DNA of 64,000 bases from Octopus vulgaris. Lineage: Eukaryota. Location of the stretch: contig OX597823.1 of assembly GCA_951406725.2 (NCBI GenBank), forward strand, positions 83,452,001-83,516,000, written 5' to 3'. The notes beneath the pieces are model-generated. The model searched no databases and was not told where the DNA came from. It saw only the letters and a program-made list of their open reading frames with translations. Both the position numbers and the translations under genes were made by a program. This document shows, one piece after another, positions 51,230 through 64,000 of this stretch. Within the stretch, counting starts at the first letter, position 1, and each line of letters opens with the position of its first letter.

Positions 51230-52161
51230 TCTACTATAAGCACACGGTCTGAATTTAGGAGCGGGGGTGGCGGTGAATAGTCGATTACATCGACCCCAGT
51301 GTTTCACTGGTACTTAATTTATCGACCCTGAAACGATGAAAGATCTCAGCGGAATTTGCATTCAGAACATAGCAGCAACCGAAATACCGCTAAGAATTTC
51401 GCCCGGCGTGCTAACGATTCTTTTTTAATCTAGGTACTTATTTAATCGACCCCGAAAGGATGAAAGGCAAAGTCGACCTCGGCGGAATTTGATTTCAGAA
51501 CGTAACGGCAGACTAATTACCTATTTCTTTACTACCCACAAGGGGCTAAACACAGAGAGGAAAAACAAGGACAGACAAACGGATTAAGTCGATTATATCG
51601 ACCCCACTGTGTAACTGGTACTTATTTAATCGACCTCGAAAGGATGAAAGGCAAAGTCGACCTCGGCGGAATTTGAACTCAGAACATAAAGACAGACGAA
51701 ATACCGCTAAGCATTTCGCCCAGCGTGCAAACATTTCTTATTTCTTTATTGTCAACAAGGGGCTAAACATAGAGGGGACAAACAAGGACAGACAAAGGGA
51801 TTTAGTCGATTACATCGACTCCAGTGCATAACTGGTGCTTAATTTATCGATCCCGAAAGGATGAAAGGCAAAGTCGACCTCGTCGGAATTTGAATTCAAA
51901 ACGTAAAGACGGACGAAATACCTATTTCTATTTCTTTAGTACCCATATGGGGCTGAACACAGAGAGTACAAACAAGGCCAGACAAACGGATAGAGTCGAT
52001 TATATCGACTCCAGTGCGCAACTGGTACTTATTTAATCGACTCCGAAAGGATGAAAGGCAAAGTTGACCTCGGCGGAATTTGAACTAAGAACGTAATGGC
52101 AGACGAAATACCGCTCAGTATTTCGCCCGGCGTGCTAACGTTTCTGCCAGATCGCCGCCTT
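51230..52161 (-). mobile_element. Head-to-tail array of Nin/Deu-domain SINE units
   Basis: GAAAGGATGAAAGGCAAAGTCGACCTCGGCGGAATTTGAAC recurs ~5 times at ~190-bp spacing. Further copies at 50130-50392 (-), 52780-52991 (+) and 62676-62906 (+). Confidence 0.85.
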
Positions 52162-52577
52162 ACTTAAGCTTAAATAATAAAGTGCGGAATGTGAACCACG
52201 ATAGGTGAACCGCGATAAGTGAACCGCGATATGGCGGGGGATTACAGCAGTTGACACTTTAATTGCGAAACTGAATTTCATGTTTATTCCAGTATTGATG
52301 TTAAATATCTACTAAAAAATTGAACTGGTATTTTGTGCAAGTCAATGTGGTTAAATGAACTTGACATATTTTTTCGTTTTCTCTTTTCACTTCTTTCAGT
52401 AATTGGACTGCGGCCATGTTGGAGTACCGCCTGGAAGAATTGTTTGTCGAATGTATCGTACTTACATTTTTTCTTAAAGCTTAAGACTTTTTATATCGAT
52501 CCCTTTTGCCGAACTATTAGCATACGGGGACGTAAATACACCGGTTGTCAAGTAATATTGAGGCAGACATACAAAAG

Positions 52578-52618
<41 letters not shown>

Positions 52619-53049
52619 TCTTTACTCTCTTTAGCTCATCGAGTAATTGATGATGAATATGAAAAAAGAAAGTGATACCAGTTGAAAGTTCTGGATATCG
52701 GACAGCATCAGGCTTATGGTGTCATCAGGAGGGGATGTGTACCGTTTCGAGACTTCCCTCTCGATGGCATTAGTGCGACGTTAGCACGCCGGGCGAAATG
52801 TCTAACCGTATTTTGTCTGCCGTTACGTTGTAAGTTCAAATTCCGCCGAGGTCGACTTTGCCTTTCATCCTATCGGGTCGATAAATTAAATACCAGTTAC
52901 GCACTGGGGTCGATGTAATCGACTTAACACCTATGTCTGTCCTTGTTTGTCCCCTCTATGTTTAGCCCCTTGTGGGCAATAAAGAAATAAGTATTAGTGC
53001 GCACCGCTTACCCCATTTGCTATATCAAGTAGCTACTAGGCTTCACTCA

Positions 53050-53285
53050 ATATTCTTTTAGCCATTGTTTACCATCTCTTTCTAGCCAAATCCAGTGGCT
53101 TGCCTTCTCCACTGCAGCTTAGATATTGCTCATGTTGGTATTTGTGGACGTCGAGTTAGGCCTGACGACAACATCCATTACCTCATAACGCTTCTAAAGA
53201 ATCCTCTACATTCAACATCGATTGGATAATGCCATGCTTTCCAAATTCCGTCTTCACATTCTTCAAAGAAATGTTCAAAAGAAAA
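53050..53285 (-). pseudogene. HERO-like (RLE-clade) non-LTR retrotransposon C-terminal remnant
   Basis: EECEDGIWKAWHYPIDVECRGFFRSVMR, then AVEKASHWIWLERDGKQW. This matches the EC..GW...P.EVGCRGF...AE.AS.WIW pattern. Confidence 0.6.
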
Positions 53286-53728
53286 CTGAGACAGGAAGCA
53301 AAATACAAAAGCCAGAAAAAAAACACACAAAACAAAGAAAGCAAGCGCACACACGCACACATACCCCTACCAAAAAAAAAACAACGATTGAAAACCAAAT
53401 TTTTTAATGAAATTTTAATCTGCGATATTTAAAACAGAAATCTGAAGACATTTTCGAAAAAATAAAATAAAAAAGTATAATACAGAGGGATGGGGGTGGG
53501 GTGGGATGCATAGTTATCGGGCGGGGAGGGAGGGCAGGGGTTGAATCTTGGACGCTTATTTCGAAATATTGCTGTGTATATTTCATTATAATGTGATAGA
53601 AGACGCAATGCGCACGTGTGTGCATATATACATACATATCTATATGTATATATGTGTGTATATATGTATGTATATATATGTATATATATATATGGATATA
53701 TATATGTATGTATGTATATAAATATATG

Positions 53729-53788
<60 letters not shown>

Positions 53789-53941
53789 AGTAATAAGAGA
53801 GAGACCACATGTGGTCACTCTAACGCTAGAAATAGATCCGCAAAGGGAATCCACCACTAAAGAATTGTTCTCAAGCATTAATTCAACACGCCAAGAATGT
53901 AAGCGGGCAGGACAAATGAAAAATAACGAAAAAATAGATTA

Positions 53942-54017
53942 ACTCTATACAATTGTTTCATCGTTAATAGATTGTGTAATTTTACTTACATAATCATTTT
54001 CGAATCCTCAGTAGAGT
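53942..54017 (-). ncRNA. Type I hammerhead ribozyme (U-U at base of stem II)
   Basis: ACUCUA-CUGAGGA-UUCG-(37 nt)-CGAU-GAAA-CAAUUG-UA-UAGAGU. Confidence 0.75.
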
Positions 54018-54501
54018 ATATCGAAAATATAATTTGCTGAACCGAACGCCAAAATCCATACGAAGCCGAGCATAGGCGAACGGCACAGCCGATTATATTT
54101 GCAGTTACGTTCAAATATCCCCACTCCCCACTTTTAGTGGTGGATTCCCTTTGCGGATCTATTTCTAGCGTTAGAGTGACCACATGTGGTCTCTCACTTA
54201 TTACTTGTATTAATAATTTTTACTGTATCACAGTTTTTTTACGCTAGGCCACTTGGTGTTTTAAATTGATGTTATTAATTAATATTCAATTTTTTTCACC
54301 CTTATTGTGATTTTAATTATAAATTAATATGTTCTCAAACCGGCAGTAAATTACTGGGGTAGTATTTACATCCGGTATTTTCAACGCGCCAGGAGTGGGG
54401 ATATTTGAACGTAACTGCAAATATAATCGGCTGTGCCGTTCGCCTTTGCTCGGCTTCGTATGGATTTTGGCGTTCGGTTCAGCAAATTATATTTTCGATA
54501 T

Positions 54502-54577
54502 ACTCTACTGAGGATTCGAAAATGATTATGTAAGTAAATTTACACAATCTATTAACGATGAAACAATTGTATAGAGT
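54502..54577 (+). ncRNA. Type I hammerhead ribozyme, inverted twin of 53942-54017
   Basis: Same motif on the plus strand. Confidence 0.75.
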
Positions 54578-54836
54578 TAATCTATTTTTTCGTTATTTTT
54601 CATTTGTCCTGCCCGCTTACATTCTTGGCGTGTTGAATTAATGCTTGAGAACAATTCTTTAGTGGTGGATTCCCTTTGCGGATCTATTTCTAGCGTTAGA
54701 GTCACCACATGTGGTCTCTCTCTTATTACATGTATTAATAATTTTTACTGTATCACACTTTTTTTACGCTAGGCCGCTTGGTGTTTTAAATTGATGTTAT
54801 CAATTAATATTCAATTTTTTTTCACCCTTATTGTGA

Positions 54837-54899
<63 letters not shown>

Positions 54900-55229
54900 T
54901 AACGAGAAGGTTTACGAAAATAAACAAAAGATGAAAGCAGGTGGAGTACAAACAAACAAATGTATTAGTATGGCGCTCAGGAATAGAAATAGAACAAGTC
55001 TTTTACGTTTCGAGCTTACGCTCTTCGACAGAAAGATACACAGAAAAAAAACAAGGAGAGAAAAAATGCGTGTAATAGCTAACGGTCAATCATGCATCTA
55101 CATATTCAAGCATTGATGACATACATACATACATACATACATACATACATACATACATACATACATACATACATACATACATACATACATACATACATAC
55201 ATACATACATACATACATACATACATACA

Positions 55230-55265
<36 letters not shown>

Positions 55266-56319
55266 TACCAACATCTACATAAACATGCATAGATTACATA
55301 CATATATATACATATACATATATTCTTTTATTCTCTTACTTGTTTCAGTCATTTGACTGCGGCTATACTGGAGCACCACCTTTAGTCGAGCTCATCGGCC
55401 CCAAGTTGATAAAAGGTTACGATTTTCTTGTATACACACTTCGACACTCTGCTTATGAGTAAATACATACATACATACATACATACATACATACATACAT
55501 ACATACATACATACATACATACATACACACATACATACATACAATACATACATACATACATACATACATACATACATACACATACATACATACACACACA
55601 TACATACATACATACATACATACATACATACATACATACATACAGTTTAGTACTTATCCTATCGTTCACTTTTGCCGAATCGCTAGGTAACTGGGACGTA
55701 AACACACCGGCATTGGTTGTCAAGCGATGTTAGGTGGATGGGGGACAAACACACACACACATTATATATGCACACACACACTCACACACACATATATATA
55801 TATATATATACACACACGTATACACGCACATACGCACGCACACATACATATCTGTATATAGATATAGATATGTAAATATCTATCTATCTATGGAAAAAAT
55901 GTGTCGAAGCTGTCAGGAGGCGTTCGATGCAACGGTGGTGTACCCCCTACTGTCACGTTCTTGTTAGATTGACAGTATACAACCATTCTATCGCCCCACC
56001 ACCGTACATGTCTCTACGAGAGATTTAGAAATTCAATATTTCTTATATATATATATATGTAATAAAAATAGTAATGCAATACGAGAGTATTGCTTTCCAG
56101 TAAAGAATAGCCCGTGAGGGAAAATTATACATAGAAGTAAATATATGGTACAAAGAAGTACCGATATTTACTGGAAAATAGCGAACGTAATAAATACGAC
56201 GCTAATGTATAGCTTCACCGCGTATGTACTAGCAAAAATGCGTGTGTGCAACAAACTTGAAAAAAATTGTCTTACCTCCAGGGAGAACATCTGAAAGATG
56301 AAATACCTAGAAAGGGATA

Positions 56320-56392
56320 ATGTGGTACCGGTTTCAGATTTTTCAAGATATGTCTGCACACATATACTTGATTTATCTTCATCAGCCAACAT
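56320..56392 (-). ncRNA. Type I hammerhead ribozyme with extended stem II
   Basis: AUG-U-UGG-CUGAUGA-AGAU-aaa-UCAAG-u-AUAUGU-gugcag-ACAUAU-CUUGA-aaa-AUCU-GAAA-CCGG-UA-CCA-CAU. Confidence 0.85.
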
Positions 56393-56696
56393 ATACCTCG
56401 ACAACATTTCAAATGTTGCCGCAGCGATGCCAATACACTCGACTGAAACGCCAAAACGCTGACAGAACGAGAACAGTGAAGAAGTTTCAATAAAAATAGT
56501 AATGCAATACGAGAGTATTGCTTTCCAGTAAAGAATATACTTCTATGTATAATTTTCCCTCACGGGCTATTCTTTACTGGAAAGCAATACTATTTTTATT
56601 GAAACTTCTTCACTGTTCTCGTTCTGTCAGCGTTTTGGCGTTTCAGTCGAGTGTATTGGCATTGGTGCGGCAACATTTGAAATGTTGTCGAGGTAT

Positions 56697-56769
56697 ATGT
56701 TGGCTGATGAAGATAAATCAAGTATATGTGTGCAGACATATCTTGAAAAATCTGAAACCGATACCACAT
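56697..56769 (+). ncRNA. Type I hammerhead ribozyme, inverted twin with a G>A change in stem III
   Basis: As 56320-56392 but GAAACCGAUA instead of GAAACCGGUA. Confidence 0.7.
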
Positions 56770-56950
56770 TATCCCTTTCTAGGTATTTCATCTTTCAGAT
56801 GTTCTCCCTGGAGGTAAGACAATTTTTTCAAGTTTGTTGCACACACGCATTTTTGCTAGTACATACGCGGTGAAGCTATACATTAGCGTCGTATTTATTA
56901 CGTTCGCTATTTTCCAGTAAATATCGGTTGTACCATATATTTACTTTATG

Positions 56951-57030
<80 letters not shown>

Positions 57031-57746
57031 GTATATATATATGCTGCATATTCCGAAACGAAGACAACGAGTGAGGAAAGGATAAAATTGAATTTAAAAG
57101 AAATATCTTTTTTTTCTTGAAATGTTAATCTACGATATCGAAAACAGAATTCCGAAGACATTTTCAAAAACATTAAATAAGTAAAGTAAATAAAAATAGA
57201 TAGATAGATAAATAAATAAATAAATAAAAGGTTACGACTCTTTGCTTATGAGTACCTACATACATACATACATACATACATACATACATACATACATACA
57301 TACATACATACATACATACATACGTACGTACATACATACATACATACATACATACATACATACATACGTACTTACATACATATATACACACACACGTGGA
57401 TCACTATATGATAAAGAAATGTCGTTGTGTGTGTGCATGTATATAGTTGTGTGTATGTATATATATATATACGTATATGCGAATGTGTATGTATAAATGT
57501 TTATACACACACACATATGTATAATGGAAAAAGAAAAAGTTACTGCAATTTTGAAATAATCACAAACTCAGTTAGTAACCAATCAATTGATCCGTGCATG
57601 ATATTTTTTTTCTCTTTGACTTGCGTTCTTCAAATCGCGTACCATTTCGACTTTGCGTTCCTTTGTTTTTTCTTAAAAACATCTAATACTTCAGTTACAA
57701 AATGTCTAACCTGATCTGAACGTGTTCTGAAAAGTTTTTCAATATA

Positions 57747-57917
57747 GGCGCAGGAGTGGCTGCGTGGTAAGTAGCTTGCTTACCAACCACATGGTTCGGG
57801 ATTCAGTCCCACTGCGTGGCACCTTGGGCAAGTGTCTTCTACTATAGCCTCGTGCCAACCAAAGCCTTGTGAATGGATTTGGTAGACGGAAACTGAAAGA
57901 AGCCCGTCGTATATATG

Positions 57918-57948
<31 letters not shown>

Positions 57949-58135
57949 ATATGTTTGTGTGTCTGTGTTTGTCCCCCTAGCATCGCTTGACAACCAATTC
58001 TATCGGCAAAAGAGACCGATAGAATAAGTACTGGGCTTACAAAGAATAAGTCCGGGGGTCGATTTGCTCGACTAAAGACGGTGCTCCAGCATGGCCACAA
58101 TCAAATGACTGAAACAAATAAAAGAGTAAAAGAGT
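57747..58135 (+). mobile_element. CORE-like SINE
   Basis: Same family as 10018-10432. Confidence 0.85.
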
Positions 58136-58219
58136 AATAAGAATATAATTCAGTTTAAAAGAACGGAAAACGAATTGATAACCCTAGGCAAGTAGCCTCC
58201 TTGTGTCGAGAGCTCCTTG

Positions 58220-58700
58220 TATCAAGATTCGTCAATATCCCCTTTGTGGTGTCTCATGCATACACTCGGCCAGGCTTTTGTGTCAGGTCTTCGATGTTGT
58301 CAGATCACAAGTGTCTTTGACGGCTTCTTGCTCTCTTCCTCTCCACACTTCCTATCAGGATAGTCTTTGGTAGTGACTCATCGTGCCTTCTATGTCCAAA
58401 TACAATAGCTTTGAAGATTTAATTCTCAGCAATAGGTGTTTTCGAACTTTCAGCTTTACTATTACTACAGCTTTTGTTACCCTGTCAACTCAGCGTATTC
58501 TGTCCAATTTGCAAAGGATCCACAACTCAAAGATATCTATCTTCTTTATCATTGCTCTTTACAACTATAAAAGAACAGAAATAACAAGAAACCCTTTATA
58601 TTATTTCTCGACCTTTTCGAAATTGCCCTTATTTCCCTCCCTTCAAAAAGCACCATACTGCCTTCAAAAAAGAAGGGCATATTAGATAATACTGTTTTAA
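58220..58700 (-). mobile_element. Decayed RTE-like LINE 3' fragment
   Basis: Minus frame FGHRRHDESLPKTILIGSVERKRARSRQRHL*SDNIED, the RTE pattern FGH..R...K.I..G.V.G.R.RGR.R..W.D.I. Confidence 0.6.
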
Positions 58701-59299
58701 TCATAGAAAAATGCAGGATAGTCACAATTGGAACGTCTGCTCAATCACAGCTGATTTAGTACTATACATCTATCTTATTCTTAGGGTCATAGGGGTAGCT
58801 TAGGTGTTTCGCTCATAAACACATACATCGCCCGGTCTGAGATTCGAACCCGCGATCCCTCGACCGCGAGTCTGTTGCTCTAATCACTAGGCCATGTTCC
58901 TCCACATTTGATGTGCTGGTAACAACAGGCTCAATCGAAAACGGTTTCGGGATCTATCAATTGAGGACTGTAAAACTATCACTACTATTTCTAAATTTTT
59001 CTTGAACCAGGATTAATCTAAGATCATAGTATCTAATATGGAGCTTGATTTGGAGGGACATAGCTGTTATTTCTAGCTGTTACATCTATCACAAACAATT
59101 TGTTGTTGGTTCGTCATCTAGACAACCTTTCATACGTGGTGTATTCTCGGTAAGTTGTCTAATACAACGAGTATGTTGGTATGGAATTGTATTTTGGTCG
59201 TTGTTTATAAAGTTTTCAAGAACTGTTTGATGTTCCTAGACATAAACAGACACCCATGCACATACCCATACATTCACTTGAACAATCACCTACACATGG

Positions 59300-59810
<511 letters not shown>

Positions 59811-60605
59811 TGAATGATAGCTCCAAATCCAAAATGCAGTCTGACCTTTGAGCGAAAAGATAAGAATCTTATTCCAAAATAGAAATGGCTGGAACAAAAA
59901 GAAAAACAGAATTACTGGCTCATTGTATTCATGAAAGTGAATACCTTGATTTTCGATTTTGTTCAATGAAAAAGTGTTTATTTCGAAGTGGCAATTCTTT
60001 TGAAATGTTTTCAAAAAATTGTTTAAGTAGTAACAGACAATTCTTAAGCGAAGAATAATTTTAGACTGACCCTTACCTTATATTAGGTTGGATACTATGT
60101 TCAACAATTTATAAAAGTTGCGAAGATATTTAGATAAACAACCATAAAAAAAAATGGAAAACGTGATCTCGAAACCACTATCCATCCGTCCATTCATCCA
60201 TTTTCGCTACTCACTATTCATAAGAAGGGTCCTATCTTCAATAGGGTCCTATCAGAAACAACCGTCATTAGACTTTCATGCTGGACACCCAAGAATTTCT
60301 GACTCAAATTATAGATATCCTAGCATCTCGTTCTTGGTCTACCTAAAGGTTTCTTGCTATTCTGGCCTGTCTTGAAGAATATATCTTGCAATCCTTTCCT
60401 TTGACATTCTATCTAACCGTTTTTATAAAACATCAGTTGAATGACTTTTTGAAAATCATAATGATAAGCGTTTCACAAGAATGGTTCCTAAAAATATATG
60501 AAATATAATATAATATAATATAATATAATATAATATAATATATAATATATATAATATATATATATATAATATATAATATAATATAATATAATATAATATA
60601 ATATA

Positions 60606-60641
<36 letters not shown>

Positions 60642-60665
60642 TATATTATATTATATTATATTATA

Positions 60666-60796
<131 letters not shown>

Positions 60797-60859
60797 ATAT
60801 ATAATACATATACATGTATATATATATACATACATATATATGTATTTGTATTATATATA

Positions 60860-61412
60860 AGTTCAGCCAAATTTAGATTCAGATGAATATGGTACTTAAG
60901 TTAAAGGCACCAGAATTTTGTATGGTATTATCCATATAAATCAAATGGGGTGATTATAATCAAAATAAGCAACAAAGATATCCAAGGTAGAGTAGTATAA
61001 TTGTTTCATGCTATTTCATTTTATTAAACCGTGTAAGTATTACATCAGTTTTAAAATGTCGAGCAATCTTCAGCCACATATAAATTTTTTCAATTAAACG
61101 GACAATGCGCATTCTTATACCTTTTCGTTTGCCAACATTGCAAAGAGGGTAGATATATAGACAGAGAGGTTAATTTCATCATTAAGAACATGATGGTAGT
61201 ATGTTCATTCTCCGGATTTATCTACCCTCTTTGTAATGTTGGCAAATGAAAAGGTATAAGAATGCGCATTGTCCGTTTAATTGAAAAATTCTATATGTGG
61301 CTGAAGATTGCTCGACATTTTAAAACTGATGTAATACTTACACGGTTTAATAAAATGAAGTAGTATGAAACAATTATACTACTCTACCTTGGATATCCTT
61401 GTTGTTTATTTA
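60860..61412. mobile_element. HHR-bearing element with inverted duplication, in (TA)n
   Basis: ~60963-61155 is inverted at ~61219-61412. HHR motifs at 60992-61077 (-) and 61297-61382 (+): GUGG-CUGAAGA-UUGC...GCAU-GAAA-CAAUUA-UA-CUAC. Confidence 0.7.
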
Positions 61413-61430
61413 TTATATATATATATGCTG

Positions 61431-61530
<100 letters not shown>

Positions 61531-61705
61531 CTAACATCCACCCTATTAAATTAACTCAGCATAACTCCCTTAACAACACTAACCCTCTTAACTCTGACTA
61601 TAATTCCACTGATTGTAACCGATCCTTAAATTTACCGCAACGCCCAGCTATACCTCTTGTAGAAAAAAAAAGAGAACAACGCAGAGGATACCGCCGGACA
61701 AATAA

Positions 61706-62270
61706 TTATCATATTATACAACCCTAAAACATCACCCACAACCCCTTAAAAATACTAATCTTAACGCCAGCAATAATAAAGAACCTAACACCGGTTCCTT
61801 ACTAGATAGCAATCTCCTCACAAGATCATCCGGAACACCCCCTACAAGTCTATGCTGCTGCAGACGCCTAGCCTCCTGCCCTTTCGATAACCACTGTCTT
61901 ACAAAAAACATCACTTATAAGTGTACAGTATCAACTGCCAACTGTAACTCCATATATATAGGCTCATATAGCCCCACCTTCAAAGGTAGAATGAGCAACC
62001 ACTACTCCAGCTTCAAGTCCCAAACAAAATCCAACAGTACATCGTTATCTCAGATTATCAATAAACTAAAGTTGGATTCAACCCCTTACACTCTCAAGTG
62101 GCCCCATTGTCACCCACGCCATGCCATACAACAGCTATAATAACAAGTGTGATCTCTGCATAGCCGAGGTCTTGGCTATTTTGCAATCCACGGATTGTCA
62201 CAATGAACGCAGCAGTATAATATTTACCTGCAATCATCGGTCACTAAATCTATCCTCAAAATACAAATAA
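61706..62270 (+). pseudogene. Penelope-like element GIY-YIG endonuclease domain with one frameshift
   Basis: CCCRRLASCPFDNHCLTKNITYKCTV...IYIGSYSPTFKGRMSNHYSSFK...TSLSQIINKLK...YTLKW/IV...PYNSYNNKCDLCIAE...NERS...CNH. This is the Cys-rich PLE endonuclease signature. Confidence 0.8.
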
Positions 62271-63213
62271 CACCAACCCCACCCCCACTTTCCCCCTAAT
62301 CTTCATAAATCTTTCTCTCTCATCTACCCTCACCACTACTGTATATTACATCAACAACGTCTCGCCTTTAATTCCTTATTGTCATTTACATGTTTCCCTC
62401 CGTTTTTTCCTTACCATTTAAAATTTTTTTCCTTCTTATTTCAACTGCCTCCCTTCCCTCCTCTCTCCGTAAACTTACAAGTACATACGCCAATATACAC
62501 CTCCACTACTTCATACTGTAAACACGCTCACCAAGCCCTATATACATTCCTTTATTGAAAAATCTATAGTAGCCGCCACGATTCTTCCCCATTCTTTCTT
62601 TCTTCATGCATATATATCTTTTTCTCCCCCCTTGACCAAAGACATTTCCCCACCCTTTTCCCTTCGTATTATGTCAAGGCGGCGAGCTGGCAGAATCGTT
62701 AGCACGCTGGACGAAATGCTTAGCGGTATTTCGTCAACTGTTACGTTCTTAGTTCAAATTCCGCCGAGGTCGACTTTGCCTTTCATCCTTTTCGGGTCGA
62801 TTAAATAAGTACCAGTTACGTACTGGGGTCGATATAATCGACTTAATCCGTTTGTCTGTCCTTGTTTGTCCTCTCTATGTTTAGCCCCTTGTGGGCAATA
62901 GAGAAATTATTATGTTTTTCTAATACCACTCCTCTTGCTAAATTTTGTGATTCAGCCAAAACAACCCCATTGAACACTATCGGTCAATTGACTGTGCTTA
63001 AATTCACCACCCTATCTTGCCCTCTTCATACACACTTTCTTACTCCCCCATGATCAAAAATATTTCCCCCACCCTTTTCCCTCCAAATTAGCTTTTTTTC
63101 AAATACCACTCCCCTTTCTAATTTCTGTGATTCAGCCAATACTGCCTTATTCATTACTTTCGGTCATTCCTTTCGCACCCTTTTATTTTCTTCTTTCCTT
63201 CTTTTAACACTTA

Positions 63214-63724
63214 CCGTAAATCCTCGAGTATAGTCAGCCCTTGAGTATAATACGCAGGGGATTTTTAGGGGTCTGTACCTCTGAAAAACCTAAACCTTGT
63301 GTATAATACGCACCCCTTCTCTAACTTGAGTCAAGGAGGTCTATATAACGTCCTTGGTTTGTAAAAATGTATATGGTAACGTCCTTTATTATTATTGCGT
63401 ATATAACAATGCAAACGTGTAGCTTTTTTGTGCATTTTGCTTGCAGAAAAAATAAGAAATAACAGTGATAACGTTTAATAAATGTTGCTTACTGCAAGTT
63501 ATGGATGTTTCTTTTATGACTTCATTGCTTTCAGGCTTAGCTTTAGGTATTTTCGCGCTCGACATCACAAAATGCGTCTGAATAAACATAGCCAAACAGC
63601 AAATAGAGACTCGGACATTGCTTAGAAAACAATTTTCCTTTTTAGCCTCGTATATAGTACGCACTAGGGATTTTGACCTTTAAATTTTGGGGAAAAAATG
63701 CGGATTATACTCAAGGATTTACGG
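63214..63724. mobile_element. pogo/Tc1-type MITE with TA target
   Basis: TA-CCGTAAATCCTCGAGTATA ... TATACTCAAGGATTTACGG-TA. Confidence 0.8.
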
Positions 63725-63843
63725 TATTTCTCCTTACATTTATATTCTCCTCTTCTACTGTGCTCTCTATAAATTCTGATTGAATCTTCTATGTGTTAAC
63801 ATGTACCACCTTGCGACAATGTAAACTTTCATTTAATCAAGAT

Positions 63844-63921
63844 ATCCCCGGCCTGAAGAGCAGCCTGCAGTATACACCTCACTTGGATATTTACCACTTA
63901 TGAAACATATGTAGCCCGGAT
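63844..63921 (+). ncRNA. Hammerhead ribozyme motif in the presumed 3' pLTR of the Penelope-like element
   Basis: AUCC-CC-GGC-CUGAAGA-GC...AU-GAAA-CAUAUG-UA-GCC-C-GGAU: core and palindromic stem III intact, stem II weak. Confidence 0.65.
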
Positions 63922-64000
63922 CTTATCTACTTCATTCCGTAAATCTTGCATTCTTATTCGCACACCCGGCAACACTGGTCGCCTGCTGTGAAATATAAAA

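Larger units (their letters stand above)
53787..54845. mobile_element. HHR-bearing element (524-bp unit) with 5' inversion, inserted in (TA)n
   Basis: 53787-54128 is the reverse complement of ~54393-54727, and 54135-54320 repeats at 54659-54845. (TA)n flanks both sides. Confidence 0.8.
56060..56950. mobile_element. HHR-bearing element (429-bp unit) with inverted copy, inserted in (TA)n
   Basis: 56061-56108 repeats at 56490-56537, and 56538-56946 is an inverted copy of the unit. (TA)n flanks both sides. Confidence 0.8.

Noticed and set aside
53181-53286. Apparent minus-strand exon (polypyrimidine-CAG ... AG/GTAAT)
   Set aside because: The similarity to a HERO-like retrotransposon C-terminus continues past the putative donor, so a TE remnant is more parsimonious. 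Exonisation is not excluded.
59812-59862. HHR-like GCTC...GAGC-GAAA
   Set aside because: The 5' core reads ATGATA and stems I and III are absent.
60250-60430. RTE-like peptide trace on the minus strand (RMSKERIARYIL...RPRTR)
   Set aside because: Too short and interrupted to call with confidence.

Overview
AT-rich, repeat-saturated eukaryotic DNA. The SINE, MITE and microsatellite repertoire points to a coleoid cephalopod such as Octopus (inference). The only credible intact protein-coding gene is a single-exon, divergent p38-type MAP kinase (23937-25007, TGY activation loop). It has a TATA/Inr core promoter and follows a roughly three-fold duplicated upstream block. The rest consists of tRNA-derived SINEs (CORE-, Nin/Deu- and Meta-domain-like), non-autonomous Helitrons and Helentron-like elements, GG-terminal and TA-target MITEs, decayed LINE and transposase fragments (CR1, RTE, HERO, Tigger, mariner), a Penelope-like GIY-YIG endonuclease remnant, long microsatellites and a 3.4-kb 26-bp satellite. 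The main hidden signal is a set of type I hammerhead ribozyme (HHR) motifs: about 9 well-formed copies plus several degenerate ones. They have palindromic stem III and stems that covary between families. Most sit in ~430-530-bp non-coding units inserted into (TA)n tracts as tandem or 5'-inverted copies, an architecture like Penelope pLTRs or retrozymes. One sits in a tRNA-headed SINE-like element. A duplicated HDV-like fold candidate is also present. All structures were read by eye and none is experimentally or computationally verified; repeat boundaries are approximate.
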